Of a stretch of DNA of 42,053 nt, positions 11,473-22,525 are shown piece by piece. The stretch covers positions 62,001-104,053 of the forward strand of contig NOWV01000230.1 in assembly GCA_003344405.1 (NCBI GenBank), read 5' to 3'. The notes under the pieces are model-generated. The model worked only from the letters and a program-made list of their open reading frames with translations. It was not told the origin of the DNA and did no database searches. Made by a program: the position numbers and the translations under genes. How positions within the stretch are numbered: the stretch's first letter is position 1; each line of letters starts with the position of its first letter. Source of the DNA: Trichoplax sp. H2 (lineage: Eukaryota).

Positions 11473-14400
11473 TATTTTGTTCCACCTGAAATCGTATGAT
11501 AGCAAAATTGACGGAGAAAGTGTTTGTCTTTATTAAAATTTTTTGCTACTCCTTCTCTCATAAATATTATAAATCAAACTAAATTTTTTAAATAGAATTT
11601 TTCTTATCGTAAACTAAAAATTTCATTCATACATTCTAATAACAATTATTATTATAGCGCTGTATAAATTCGATATCATTTGTTCGCACCTACAATTTTC
11701 CTAAAACAGTATGTCTTAATATGTAAACGTAAATATTTTTACCCGACGTATTTTTCTGTAGTTAATCTGTATTTCTAAAATAGCAATATTAAGCTTCCAT
11801 TACTCTATCACCATTTACTAGTATGCTTTTACCTGCTTACTCTGGTTATTTTTACTAATAGCTATTCTTGGGGGGGGGAATATTTCTGCCATAGCATTAT
11901 TAAATGGTTGTAGTAACGTAACCATTAGCTTTTGATGGTATCATGATTACTTATAATACTGAAATGGGCTTCTTAATAATTACGTCCCGTAGTGGCATCG
12001 ATCTTAGTGACACAGTTTATATTATTATTAGCAATCCTCGCTCTAATCGTGATGTATTTCAATTCCAAGAGTTTAGCTTTATGAAATTTTAAGTCTGAAC
12101 ATAATTATGAGTAGTTTTAAAATATACACTTATGCTCTTATGTATGTGCATCGATAATTTTATGGAATAAAAATTTTTAATATCCAGGGTAATGATTAAG
12201 ATTCATAATTTTGTTATCGAAATAATGGTTCTTATTAGGCATTCATCAGACATGAAAATTTCTAAATTTTTAGGTAAAAGTTTTTCAAGTAATTTTGTAT
12301 TTCTGAGACATTTTAGGAAACTTTTACGTTATTTAATTCTTTGTTTTGTTGATGACTGAACTATTAATCCTCGAATTTATATAAATAATGAGTATGATTG
12401 CTAATCATTTCAGAACAATTCTCAGGCATAAGGCATCTTTTTATTCGAACATAAACTTTAGATAAAGAATTCTTATTACGCTGTCGTATTCGATATTAAG
12501 TACTGAAATATAAGTAGGCATAAATAGCTACAGTACCCTATGCCCTCACTTCTTCAATAGAATGGTTAATTTATCTTACTAATTCCGTTAATCTATCATT
12601 ATAATCAGGTTCAACATTTCTAAGGTAATGCCATGACTTGAACTATATCGCGTGAATATAGTAATCTGTATTTATATTTATCACATTCATTGCACAACTA
12701 ATTTCGCACATTTTAAGACGCATGAAAATTGATTATAATAATAAAGGAATTTGTGATCGTTAGTTGGAATTGATCCAGGTTTAAAATGTCATATGAACAT
12801 GAAAAACTAATTACCATACTTTGCGACTAGTCGTTTATTGCTATTATTTCTATCTCATCTGCGTAGACTTAGTTCAGTACCGTTTTTAGCACAGGTCTTT
12901 AGTTACGTTTAACGCTATTTCAGTTTAAATTATATTGTAAATTCTAAATACTTAAAAGTGGAAATTTAATTTGATCTTAACTATATGCATGATGAATATG
13001 TTGTGTGCAACTTTTTAGTACTTATTAATATAATCCCATGGCTTTAATTTAATTACTTGTAGTTGGCGTTAATTCCATTACCTATGTAGTCGTATTGCTT
13101 TTCGTACGAATTTGTACGGTATTAGTTGCTAGGATATCGCAAATTTAAGAAGGTTTAGTTTTAATTCTAACTATGTAAATAAATACAATCCCTCTAAAGT
13201 TTCTTAGAACTTTATCATATCTATATAGCATAACAAAATCTATTCTGTCTAGTTTACTCAACATGTAAATCACAGAGTAAATTTTATAGTAGCAGATTTT
13301 TTAAATAGTTTCCTTTCGGTTTGAAATGCTATGTAATAGGATAATAAACTCTGGTAGAATAGTAAATTTCTTTACAACAACAACAGATCTTACAAATCAA
13401 GGACTATGAACTAATTCTATAGATACAACGTAATTAATGAAAGAATACGTAGCCTAACACGTTGAAAAATAAGATTGCGAACATAATCATTTACACTTAT
13501 TCAATTTAGAATGCAACCGACATTTTGTAATTAGACTTACCTTCACGTAAACGCAGCACAGATATTATTAGCTTTTTAAGCTTAAAAGTATAGTGAATTT
13601 CTCACATTGGCTTAGAAGATAATTGTATTTCAAACCTAAACGTGTAATAAGTTACTTTAATTGTGATACTGTCTTCTAATATACTTACATGTAACATGAA
13701 ACAGTTTTTGTTCTCATATCTCTCTGATGTACCATGGACTGCTAAAATAAAATCTATGTACTTTTAGAATTGATGTAAATCTTATAATAGAAGCGAATCT
13801 ACGCTAGTTTTACTCAGAATTGAGACTGCTCATATGCTGTTACCATCTTATTAGGTAATGAAAAATTCTAATCTTGCTTATTGCATTCTCATTCCATGTA
13901 AAAACTGTACTGCTGACTATTTTTAATATAATATCTTTTCAGAATTTATTGTTTAAATGCTAATAAAATAGAATATTTTTATAGGTTGCCTCAACGCTAT
14001 CATAAGTTTTAAGTGTTAAGAAAATTAAGTACTCGCATGAAAGTGTGACTTAATCAGGTTTCACTAAGTTTATCTTAGGTATGTATTCCATGGATATTAC
14101 CTAATGGAAAAAATTACCACGCTGTAAATACAACTGATTTAAGGTGCTGATGCTTTAGATTTTTAAAACGAAAGAAAGATTTCTATATAGCACAGTATTT
14201 AATTAAAGATGTCTATAGCTGAGGAAAGTATTGGAAAGATCGTGAATATAAAAATTTTAGGATTTTTATTTTGGATAACAGCATGATGGAAATGGATGAT
14301 GATGACCGTTAACTTGCATATTCCAACATATTACCGAAATTGCACTTATTTTTTTAATAGCCATTGTAATTCATGCGGTGTGTTTATTCATGAAGAAAAA

Positions 14401-14819
14401 ATCAAATGTAATATCATGCACATTAACATAAAACATCGCCATAATTAATTGTTGGTATGATGTAATAGTCTTGTTTCTATAGGGAATGGTTCGCTATCTG
14501 CTGCCACTGGGTTTGCTGGATTAGCACAACGGAAATTTAAGCTAATATTGTACTTGTACAGTAGCACTGACCATTTTGCAAAAATTACTTAAATTGACGG
14601 ATATAGGCGTTATAATTAAAAGAACTTTATTGTTCTATATGGATAGTCTAAGTCAAAATAAAACACGAAAATATACAGATGTGGATATTACTAAATTATC
14701 CTACGGTTCTTTTGTTGCGATCTTTATTTTAGAAATATTGTCGAAGTGACATTACCGTTACTCATGCTGACAAATCTCTTACTTGAATAATTATAATTTT
14801 ACCTACACGGATCATGTCG

Positions 14820-14992
14820 CTCCACAAATTGGTTATTCTTGTCACCAATGTCCAGTAGGCTATATAGTTGATGGTTCAAATGTTATGATTATGATGAATA
14901 TGAAAATAATAAGCATTAATGTAGACAATCATGTTTTCATAAAGACGGCAGTTATACGTTTAGCTGTTTACTTGGATATCAACCTGATAGGC
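14820..14992 (+). pseudogene. Decayed EGF / calcium-binding EGF fragment
   Basis: GYSCHQCPVGYIVDG, then after a frameshift KCYDYDEYENNKH*CRQSCFHKDGSYTFSCLLGYQPD: cbEGF pattern with two Cys lost and an in-frame stop. Confidence 0.65.
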
Positions 14993-15000
14993 ATTATTTT

Positions 15001-15180
15001 TTGGGTAGATCTTTTCAAATCATCAGTGCTGGATCTATCAACGGAAATAAGGTAGGTAATCCCACTAATTTTGCCTTCTGCGATCAAACCACAAGATACC
15101 TCAAAATTGATGCAAAAAATGACGGAAGATATGGTTCTAACCGCTTCATTGAGTTGAGATCTATTAAAATTGTTTCACAA
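15001..15180 (+). pseudogene. Possible fragment of an F5/8 type C (discoidin/galactose-binding-like) domain
   Basis: F...TTRYLKIDAKN...YG....IELRSIKI resembles the terminal strands of discoidin-type domains; no complete gene context. Confidence 0.35.
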
Positions 15181-15430
15181 TTAATAATAATTAGAAAAAT
15201 AAGTTGGTACCTTGCTTTTCTGTAATTTTCAAATCAAAAAACCGAAGAAATTAATCATTTTACAATTGAATGCAGTTATGAGGAAACTATATCAATGGCA
15301 TTATCGGATATCATAATGAGAACTTATTTGACGAAAACAAGAGCCCTTTATTGTAATAAAGCGCTTTTTTTTACTCAAGTGTAGAGTAATTCTTGTGTAT
15401 AAGCTGGCTCAGATAGTATAACTCTAACCC

Positions 15431-15596
15431 TAGACCATCCCATTTTATCCAAAACTGTTTTAATACTTGCGATCAAATGTCCTAATGAGTTTCCAAATAC
15501 TTGTCGATCCGTAACATACTTGAAATATTCAAAAAGAACTTTAGGGTCCATTTGATCGCAGTATTGAAACAATTGTTGATAGAATGGGATGGCCTA
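15431..15596. mobile_element. Foldback / MITE-like element with ~55-bp imperfect inverted arms, flanked by TA
   Basis: Left arm GACCATCCCATTTTATCCAAAACTGTTTTAATACTTGCGATCAAATGTCCTAA matches the reverse complement of TTAGGGTCCATTTGATCGCAGTATTGAAACAATTGTTGATAGAATGGGATGGCC; TA at 15431-32 and 15595-96. Confidence 0.7.
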
Positions 15597-16202
15597 CCTA
15601 AGCCTAATCTAATCCTAAGGCTGTAAGTAATTGAAACCTTGATTGCTCCAAATCATATTGGCCTAGCATACTGTGGCATAAAAGCGCCAGAGGTTGAACT
15701 ACCGTATCGTGCCGACTGTTGGTAAAAGCCAGATTCGCTCTAACTTCGTTGTCATGTTCTTGATTTTCTCGTAATGTACACAATTGACTCTAATTACCGA
15801 TAGATGATTCGTTTACGAAAGACATGCTTATTTCCCCAATTTAGTTATTGGTGAAATTAATCCAATATAAAGCTCAAAGTTTTACCAAGAACGATAGCTA
15901 TCAATTGATTCATTGATTCATGTGCAGTAGTCGTCCATGACAACAGCATTAGACCGTACGGCACAATAATGCTTGTTGTCAGTTCAAAGTCCAACTTTGT
16001 TGACAGATTTGCCATCACATGCTCCATCTATTTTTCTCTACTGATTTAAAGTATTATAGTGGATAGCATACTATCGTCTTATTGTATCTGAAAGAGGTCC
16101 AAAAATGCTATAGGCTCTGCCCCTTACTCCATGTTGTCTTCTACCCGATCGACTACTATCATGGCTAATAAAGCGAACATATGTAGGCAAGGGTGGCCGG
16201 CT

Positions 16203-16214
16203 AGCGCATGCGCA
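16203..16214. promoter_or_regulatory. NRF1-type palindrome upstream of ACADVL
   Basis: AGCGCATGCGCA (consensus YGCGCAYGCGCR) in a GC-rich patch ~335 bp upstream of the ATG. Confidence 0.5.
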
Positions 16215-16546
16215 CAACAACTACTGTACAGGACTTACGATGAAAATTATTGACGTAGTCTAATTAACGGTTCAGAGGTCATCGAGAAAGCCAAGCGGTC
16301 AAGCGATTAGCATGTTCTTTCATCCTTCTACTTCTACTTGAGAGAGAAACGATATTGCTATCCTATTTCTTGTGGTAAATCTTGTTGAAATCTATTGCTA
16401 AGTAGTAAAAATTGGTTCAGGGAAAATCGTTAGGTTAACTGATCTAGAGGAGAGCTTTTACTTTGTATGTTTACAGTTGGAAATTGATTCGCATTTCGTC
16501 TTGATTACTACAGTACAGACAGAATCGATCGTTAATCACAACAGTC

Positions 16547-18632
16547 ATGTCTCAACTTCGATTTATTCTGAATTCAACACCAAGAATTGGACGCTACTGT
16601 TATCATAACATTAAAATTCATCATCATGCTATGACAATCAATCGTGTACGTCTTCTATCAGACCAGCCACCATCAAGCCGTGATAGAGATGATTCATTTG
16701 CTTTAGGGCTGTATCGTGGCAAGGTCAAAACACAACAGCTATTCCCTTACCCTGATGCATTAGATGATGAATCCAAAGATACAGTCAAACTAATGATTGA
16801 TCCCTTTGAGAAATATTTTCGTGAAATTCACGACCCTTCACAATGTGATCTAGATGAAAAACTACCTGATAAATCGCTGCAAGCACTCAAAGAACTTGGT
16901 GGTTTCGGTATACAGGCACCTCAAGAATATGGGGGGATGCAATTAAAGAATACACAATATGCACGATTAGCTGAAATTGTAGGATCCTTTGATTTATCCA
17001 TTGCCGTATTTATGGCCGGCCATCAAGCCATCGGTTATAAAGGGATCGTACTCTTCGGTAACGAGCAACAAAAACAAAAGTATTTACCAAGTTTAACGAC
17101 TGGCGAGAAAATTGCTGCATTTTGTTTAACCGAACCTTCAGCTGGATCGGATGCCAATTCTATTCGTAGCACGGCTGTTCTTGATGAGGATGGCAAGCAT
17201 TATATATTAAATGGGAACAAAATATGGATTAGCAATGGTGGTATAGCCGACGTGATGACTGTATTCGCTCAGGTTCCTTTCAAGAAGGACGATTCCGATA
17301 AACAATCTCAAGCTGTAACAGCTTTTATAGTCGAGAGAGATTTCGGCGGTGTTACTAGCGGTCTTCCCGAGAAAAAGATGGGAATAAGATCATCCAATAC
17401 GGCTGCAGTCTATTTCGATAATGTAAAAATACCAGTAGAGAACGTGATAGGTAAAGTCGGTGAGGGTTTTAAAGTAGCTATGAATATACTCAATGAAGGT
17501 CGATTTGCTATGGGAGCCGCCATGTCTGGTGTAATTCGAATGCTAGTGACTAAAACTATTGAACATGCTAAAAATCGGGTTCAATTTGGCCAGCATTTAA
17601 TCGAATATCAATCGATACAAGAAAAAATTGCTCAAATGGGTCTTACTCATTATGCTGTCGAATCGGTCGCCTATGCTGTTAGCAATAATATGGATAGAGG
17701 CATTAAAGAATTCCAGGTGGAAGCTGCTATAAGTAAAGTATTAAGTTCTGAATCAGCTTGGAATGTATGCGACGAATGCATACAAATATTAGCCGGTATG
17801 GGATTTATGAGAGAAAATCAAGTAGAGCGTTTCATGAGAGACGTACGAATTTATCGTATATTTGAAGGTGCCAACGATACATTGCGCCTATTTATTGCCT
17901 TAAATGGTATTCAGTATGCTGGAAAGAATATGAAAGAACTACAGAAAGCGTTACAACAGCCAATCTCCAATTTGGGTACATTATGGAACCAAGGTGTTAA
18001 ACGATCGAAACGTCTTATAGGTATTGCTGACAGTCAAGAGCTACTCGAAGTAACTGCACCTGAACTTAGCGATTGTGCTAAGATGATTACACAACGCGTT
18101 GAAGAATTTGGTGCTACGATAGAAAGGATACTACTTAAACATGGTCGTAATATCATCGATCAGCAGTTTATATTAAACCGCATAGCCAACGCTACAATTG
18201 ACATTTACTCAATGGCTGCAGTTTTATCTAGAGCAAGTACAGCAATCAGTAGTAATTTACCGACCGCAGATCATGAAAGAGTATTAGCGTCTACATTTAT
18301 TGACGAGGTTTGCTTATTATATTATACACTGTTAATTGTTGAATTGTTGCTAGTCGTTACTTCATGTCTACATTTATTGACAAGGTTTGCTTATTACATT
18401 ATATACTGTTAATTATTGAATTGTTGCTAGTCGTTACTTCATGGAAGCAAATATAAAATTGAGCTTGAATTATGAAATATTTTTATTATATTAGGGTTGT
18501 CAAAGAGTTGAACATAATCTAGCAGAGGTACTCAGGAAACGAAATTTGGAGCGCTTTTCCGCTTACTCAAGTATAGCCAATGAAATTAGTGAAAATGAAG
18601 GAGTGGCAACAACTCGGCCTTTAAGATTCTAG
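16547..18632 (+). CDS. ACADVL: Mitochondrial very-long-chain acyl-CoA dehydrogenase; exons 16547-18307 and 18495-18632 (~632 aa)
   Basis: Arg-rich presequence; AAFCLTEPSAGSDA, LNGNKIWISNGG, EKKMGIRSSNT; VLCAD-type GMGFMRE..VER..RD.RIYRIFEGAND with catalytic Glu. Exon 2 gives ...ISENEGVATTRPLRF*, resembling the VLCAD C-terminus. The ORF-track tail beyond 18307 is intron read-through. Confidence 0.92.
18290..18443 (+). repeat. 77-bp tandem duplication spanning the ACADVL splice donor
   Basis: TCTACATTTATTGAC(G/A)AG|GTTTGCTTATTA...GTCGTTACTTCATG at 18290-18366 and 18367-18443. Confidence 0.9.
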
Positions 18633-20059
18633 GATTGGTATGATTAAATAGCATTTGTATAGATAGATTTTATTGCATTACGCGACATTACCATATTGTA
18701 GGCGTATGAAAAGATTTTAAATTGAACCTAAGAGCTCTCTACAAGACATTGGTATAGTTACTACATAGTGACTAATATAGTATCAAATCCAATTAGTTTA
18801 ATCAGTTTGCCTATTATTATTATTGTATTCGGGATATGAGCGCATTTAAAATAAATTACATAACCGAATTTCTTGTCATCGTAATGTTTAAAGTTATCTT
18901 ATGATATATCAATATTGCTATTTATTGAGTTTATAACCTAGAACATTTATATTTACTTGGATTTACAATTGTGCACCGTTGCATTGAGATAGTATCATTA
19001 AAACTTGAAACCATTTCATATTATTGTACGTGAATAAAATGAATAAAATATTATTATTTTGATGATGTGATAATACTTTTCATTGATATGATATTGTATA
19101 TACACACATTCATATATGAAGTTCATATATATATATAACATATACACCAATCTCTTTAAATTGAATAGAAACAATAATTTTTATATTGTTAATTTCCTTG
19201 TAGTTCATTTTTGAGCATTGAATTAAAGCTTGAAGTATAAGGTCATTCACAAAGAATCAAGGATCAAAATTGAATATTTTATCTAGAGTATGCTTGTCAT
19301 CAACTTATGGTGGGACCGCGCAGCGTATCGGTTACGTTCCCTTAAGTTCTACTATTGTACATTTAACAGTAATTTATCCTTAAGTAGTAAACCGTTTATT
19401 CGCTACATTTGAGAGACGGTTTCAGAGTAGGGATAAGAGACGTATTTTTGACAAGCTCTTCGATCTAATTACTAGATGTGTGTAACGAGTGCAATTGAAT
19501 ATACGTTTATCATTTCCACACACAATATTGTTCAGCCTATCCGACTATGAAAATAAGCAATTAGACTATCAAATAAGAGGGGCTGCAGTATGTCAGTACC
19601 AACTGACTAGCGTACAGAATCAATTAACAAAGTTGTTTTTCACACTAATCTATGTTGATTAAACTAGTTTTATTGAGATTATACAATTTTACGTACATTT
19701 TAATTATTGCCTGTGTACTGGCGAACCTTGTAAAAAGTATAAAAGAGCTTAATAATTTATTAGCTAAAGATTAGATAGATGATGCTATAGTAGAAGCTCA
19801 TTATTTTACTAAAGTTTTATCTTTACCGTAGCTTTTTACACCTTTGTGTTGTTTCATGATTTTATCTATGATACTATCATGATTCAAGGTGCAGTGTTAC
19901 TAAAGTATATTCAAATACAGTATTTTTCCTACTGTGGTTTTTGTGATCTGTTACATTTGATAGTTCAATTTTTGGATCGATTTTACAAAATTGATCCAAA
20001 ATACATGATATAATATATGAAGGCAATGCATAGCTCTTAACGTGGATTATCTATATCTG

Positions 20060-20905
20060 TGATTCAGTTTTACAGACCTAAGGAAAAGTTACTGCGACTT
20101 ATTAATTAATCTAGAAAATAACTTAAATTTCAATCGTTCATTGTTGGTCAGCATATAAGATAGGTTAATAAATTACGTTAAACAAAATTCTTCAATATTT
20201 ATCAGTACATGAGTCAGGTCAATATTCGCTAAGATCATTTAGCTAATTACAGTATTAAAATAATAAAACAAGCATTTGTAATTACTGAGGAGTTACAGCT
20301 TATTGATTAATTAATGACCAAGTATCCAAACTATCAATTTATTTATCCTTCAAAAACGCCAATAAAGACTTGCATGTTTATTAGTATAAGATACACAAGA
20401 ACTACTTTAAAATACTTTATTCAAGATATATTCCTATTATCCGAAAACGATTATCTAATTACTAATTTGCTATCAAATGTTGTTAGATTTGCATATGGAT
20501 TACATTAATTCATCTATAGTAAAACAAATCTTCAACATTTTTTGTCATTAGATTACAATTATTTCGCGTATGGATAACACAGTACCTCGGTAAGGTCCTT
20601 GGATCATCTGAGCTAATCCAGATTGTCCTAGTCATTTATCTAATACAATTTATTTTATTTGTGGAGGTCTGCTCGATTCATGTACGCCTTCTATTCAATC
20701 TAAAACTTTATAGGATGGTTATTCGAAAATTTTACAAAAATTAAAAAATTTCTTTTGATCATGCGTCGCTTCTTTTAATCATAATGAGATCTATCGAGAT
20801 TATATTCAAGTAGATACATCTTTACATCCGAATGAGATAAATGGAAATCAGAAGAATGCTTTAGATGACATTTGCGCAAAGTCTTGGATGTTAGAAAGCA
20901 AGTAA
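20060..20905 (+). pseudogene. Old FUT8-like (GT23) fucosyltransferase pseudogene
   Basis: SRK*LKFQSFIVGQHIR*...LMTKYPNYQFIYP...RYTRTTLKYFIQDIFLLSE...SNVVRFAYGLH*...HFLSLDYNY...DDICAKS is colinear with the 36.9-kb gene, with many stops and frameshifts. Confidence 0.88.
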
Positions 20906-21105
20906 TAAGTAAAAATTGTCATATATTGTCTAAAGGTATAATTGAATAATAAATAAATCAATTATACATATGAATTTTATTATATTTGACCCTTTCAATT
21001 TATTGTACAATTAGGAATCATATTATTTGACATTCCCTAGGATAGGGGAGATAATTTTTTTTTCTACAGACTATACTGAATTATACATGAAATTGACGTT
21101 GGCAT

Positions 21106-21714
21106 TTCGGCTCGCAGGTATAAATCGCGAAGAAAAAATCTTAAATTAATTGCAGAATATCTTATAGTATTGGTATCGGCTGTTAATTGTTTTTCCGGAG
21201 GATGAATAAATTCATAATGTGGATACTTTGTAATTAATCGATCAATAAGCCATGGTTCATCAGTAACTACAAATATTCGTCTTTTAATAATGATTTTGCG
21301 CTTAGATAAACCATTAAAATATGCATTCACTTTAATCATATATCGATCAATATCGAATATTTCGTTCTCCGTTTTTTTATCAGAACGCCTAATATGTAGA
21401 CCAACAATAGGTGATTGAAATTTGAATTCTTTTCGAGATTGATCTATCAATTGTTTTAAGTCACTACTAGGTTGTATTATGTATTGGGCTAGAACACCTA
21501 TCCACCAAGCTACAGGATCACATTTATATTGAACAACATCGTAAAATAGTTTTCTCGGCATACCATATCGGCAAATTGCAGGTGCTTTACCAAAATTTTG
21601 ATATAGCAACCCAACTCTTTGCAATCTTATAATCTGAGGAATCTTATCAGAATTATTTTTAGCCAAGTTGTTGTCATAAATACGACTTGTCCATTTGACA
21701 GCCTTTTTGGCATT
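21106..21714 (-). pseudogene. FUT8-like central catalytic segment (inverted, no N-terminus)
   Basis: Open frame NAKKAVKW...PVAWWIG...[12 protein letters not shown]...RRIFVVTDEP...RYSAINLRFFLRDLYLRAE; homology stops abruptly at both ends. Confidence 0.85.
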
Positions 21715-22168
21715 AGTTGTCACAATGTCATCTAACGTCGGTAGACTTGCATACGAATTACATGAAGTTATTTATAGTCAATCTCGAGGTCGACATTTTG
21801 CATCGCTTGATTTAGATTATCATGTTTTCGGATTTACTGCTAGCGGTGAAGGTCCATGGATTATGCAAGCCAAGAAAGATTGCGCTAGCAATGGGTCTGG
21901 TACTATTGATTTACTCAAGGGAGATTTGTTAGATTCGTGTGTATCCATAAAGGAAAAGAAAAACATAGTCTATGGTTATCTTAAACGTTTAAAAAAGTTC
22001 GGACACTTCCATCAATCATGTCTTTATTACCTTGCAGATAATCAAGACTATCCAGATTATAGCAAATCAGACGGATGGTATCAACAGCATATACCTGATA
22101 TGAAAAGAATATCTACATTAGGGAATATTTGCATGAAATCGTCGATAACTGACATTGGTGTAATATAA
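21713..22168 (+). pseudogene. FUT8-like C-terminal segment (motif III and SH3-like domain)
   Basis: [18 protein letters not shown]...HFASLDLDY...GPWIMQAKKDC...IDLLKGDLL...YGYLKRLKKFGHF...YPDY; continues the adjacent minus-strand segment on the opposite strand. Confidence 0.85.
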
Positions 22169-22525
22169 ATTTACACTATAAAAAGTATCCCATAAGTGAG
22201 GTACTACGTTTGTTAAAATGAGAATTTTTTATAGTCATTTAATAGTTACTTACTGTTCAAGGGGCTATTCCAGTTTTAAACTAGATGTGCATTAATTTCT
22301 TTATTTTATAATTATAATTGACATCATTTGAAAATGCATTAGCGTTGTATATTGTAAACCAGACTTTTATATTTCAGGTTAGAATTCATGATAATCAGTA
22401 CCATAATTTTTTGTTAAGATACTGTGAGTTTGTAATTCAAGCGATGTACTCGCATTTAGTCAATCGAATAAATATGTGCTAATTTTGATCATTAATTACA
22501 GTAGAACATAAAAGTTACTTTATAA
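22000..22525 (+). repeat. ~525-bp near-identical duplication, copy 1 (copy 2 at 30810-31336)
   Basis: FUT8-like 3' end plus 3' flank repeated with scattered substitutions immediately after the N gap. Confidence 0.92.

Noticed and set aside
11930..12090. Short hydrophobic reading frames downstream of the aGPCR
   Set aside because: No recognisable family or splice context; expected by chance in AT-rich DNA.
15375..15572. 65-aa minus-strand ORF
   Set aside because: Coincides with the foldback element and has no protein features.
15650..16190. Slightly GC-richer region suggesting a divergent gene upstream of ACADVL
   Set aside because: The minus-strand frames I translated are short and unrecognisable.
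18308..18412. Hydrophobic C-terminal tail of the 621-aa ORF
   Set aside because: Intron read-through; the VLCAD-like C-terminus is in exon 18495-18632.
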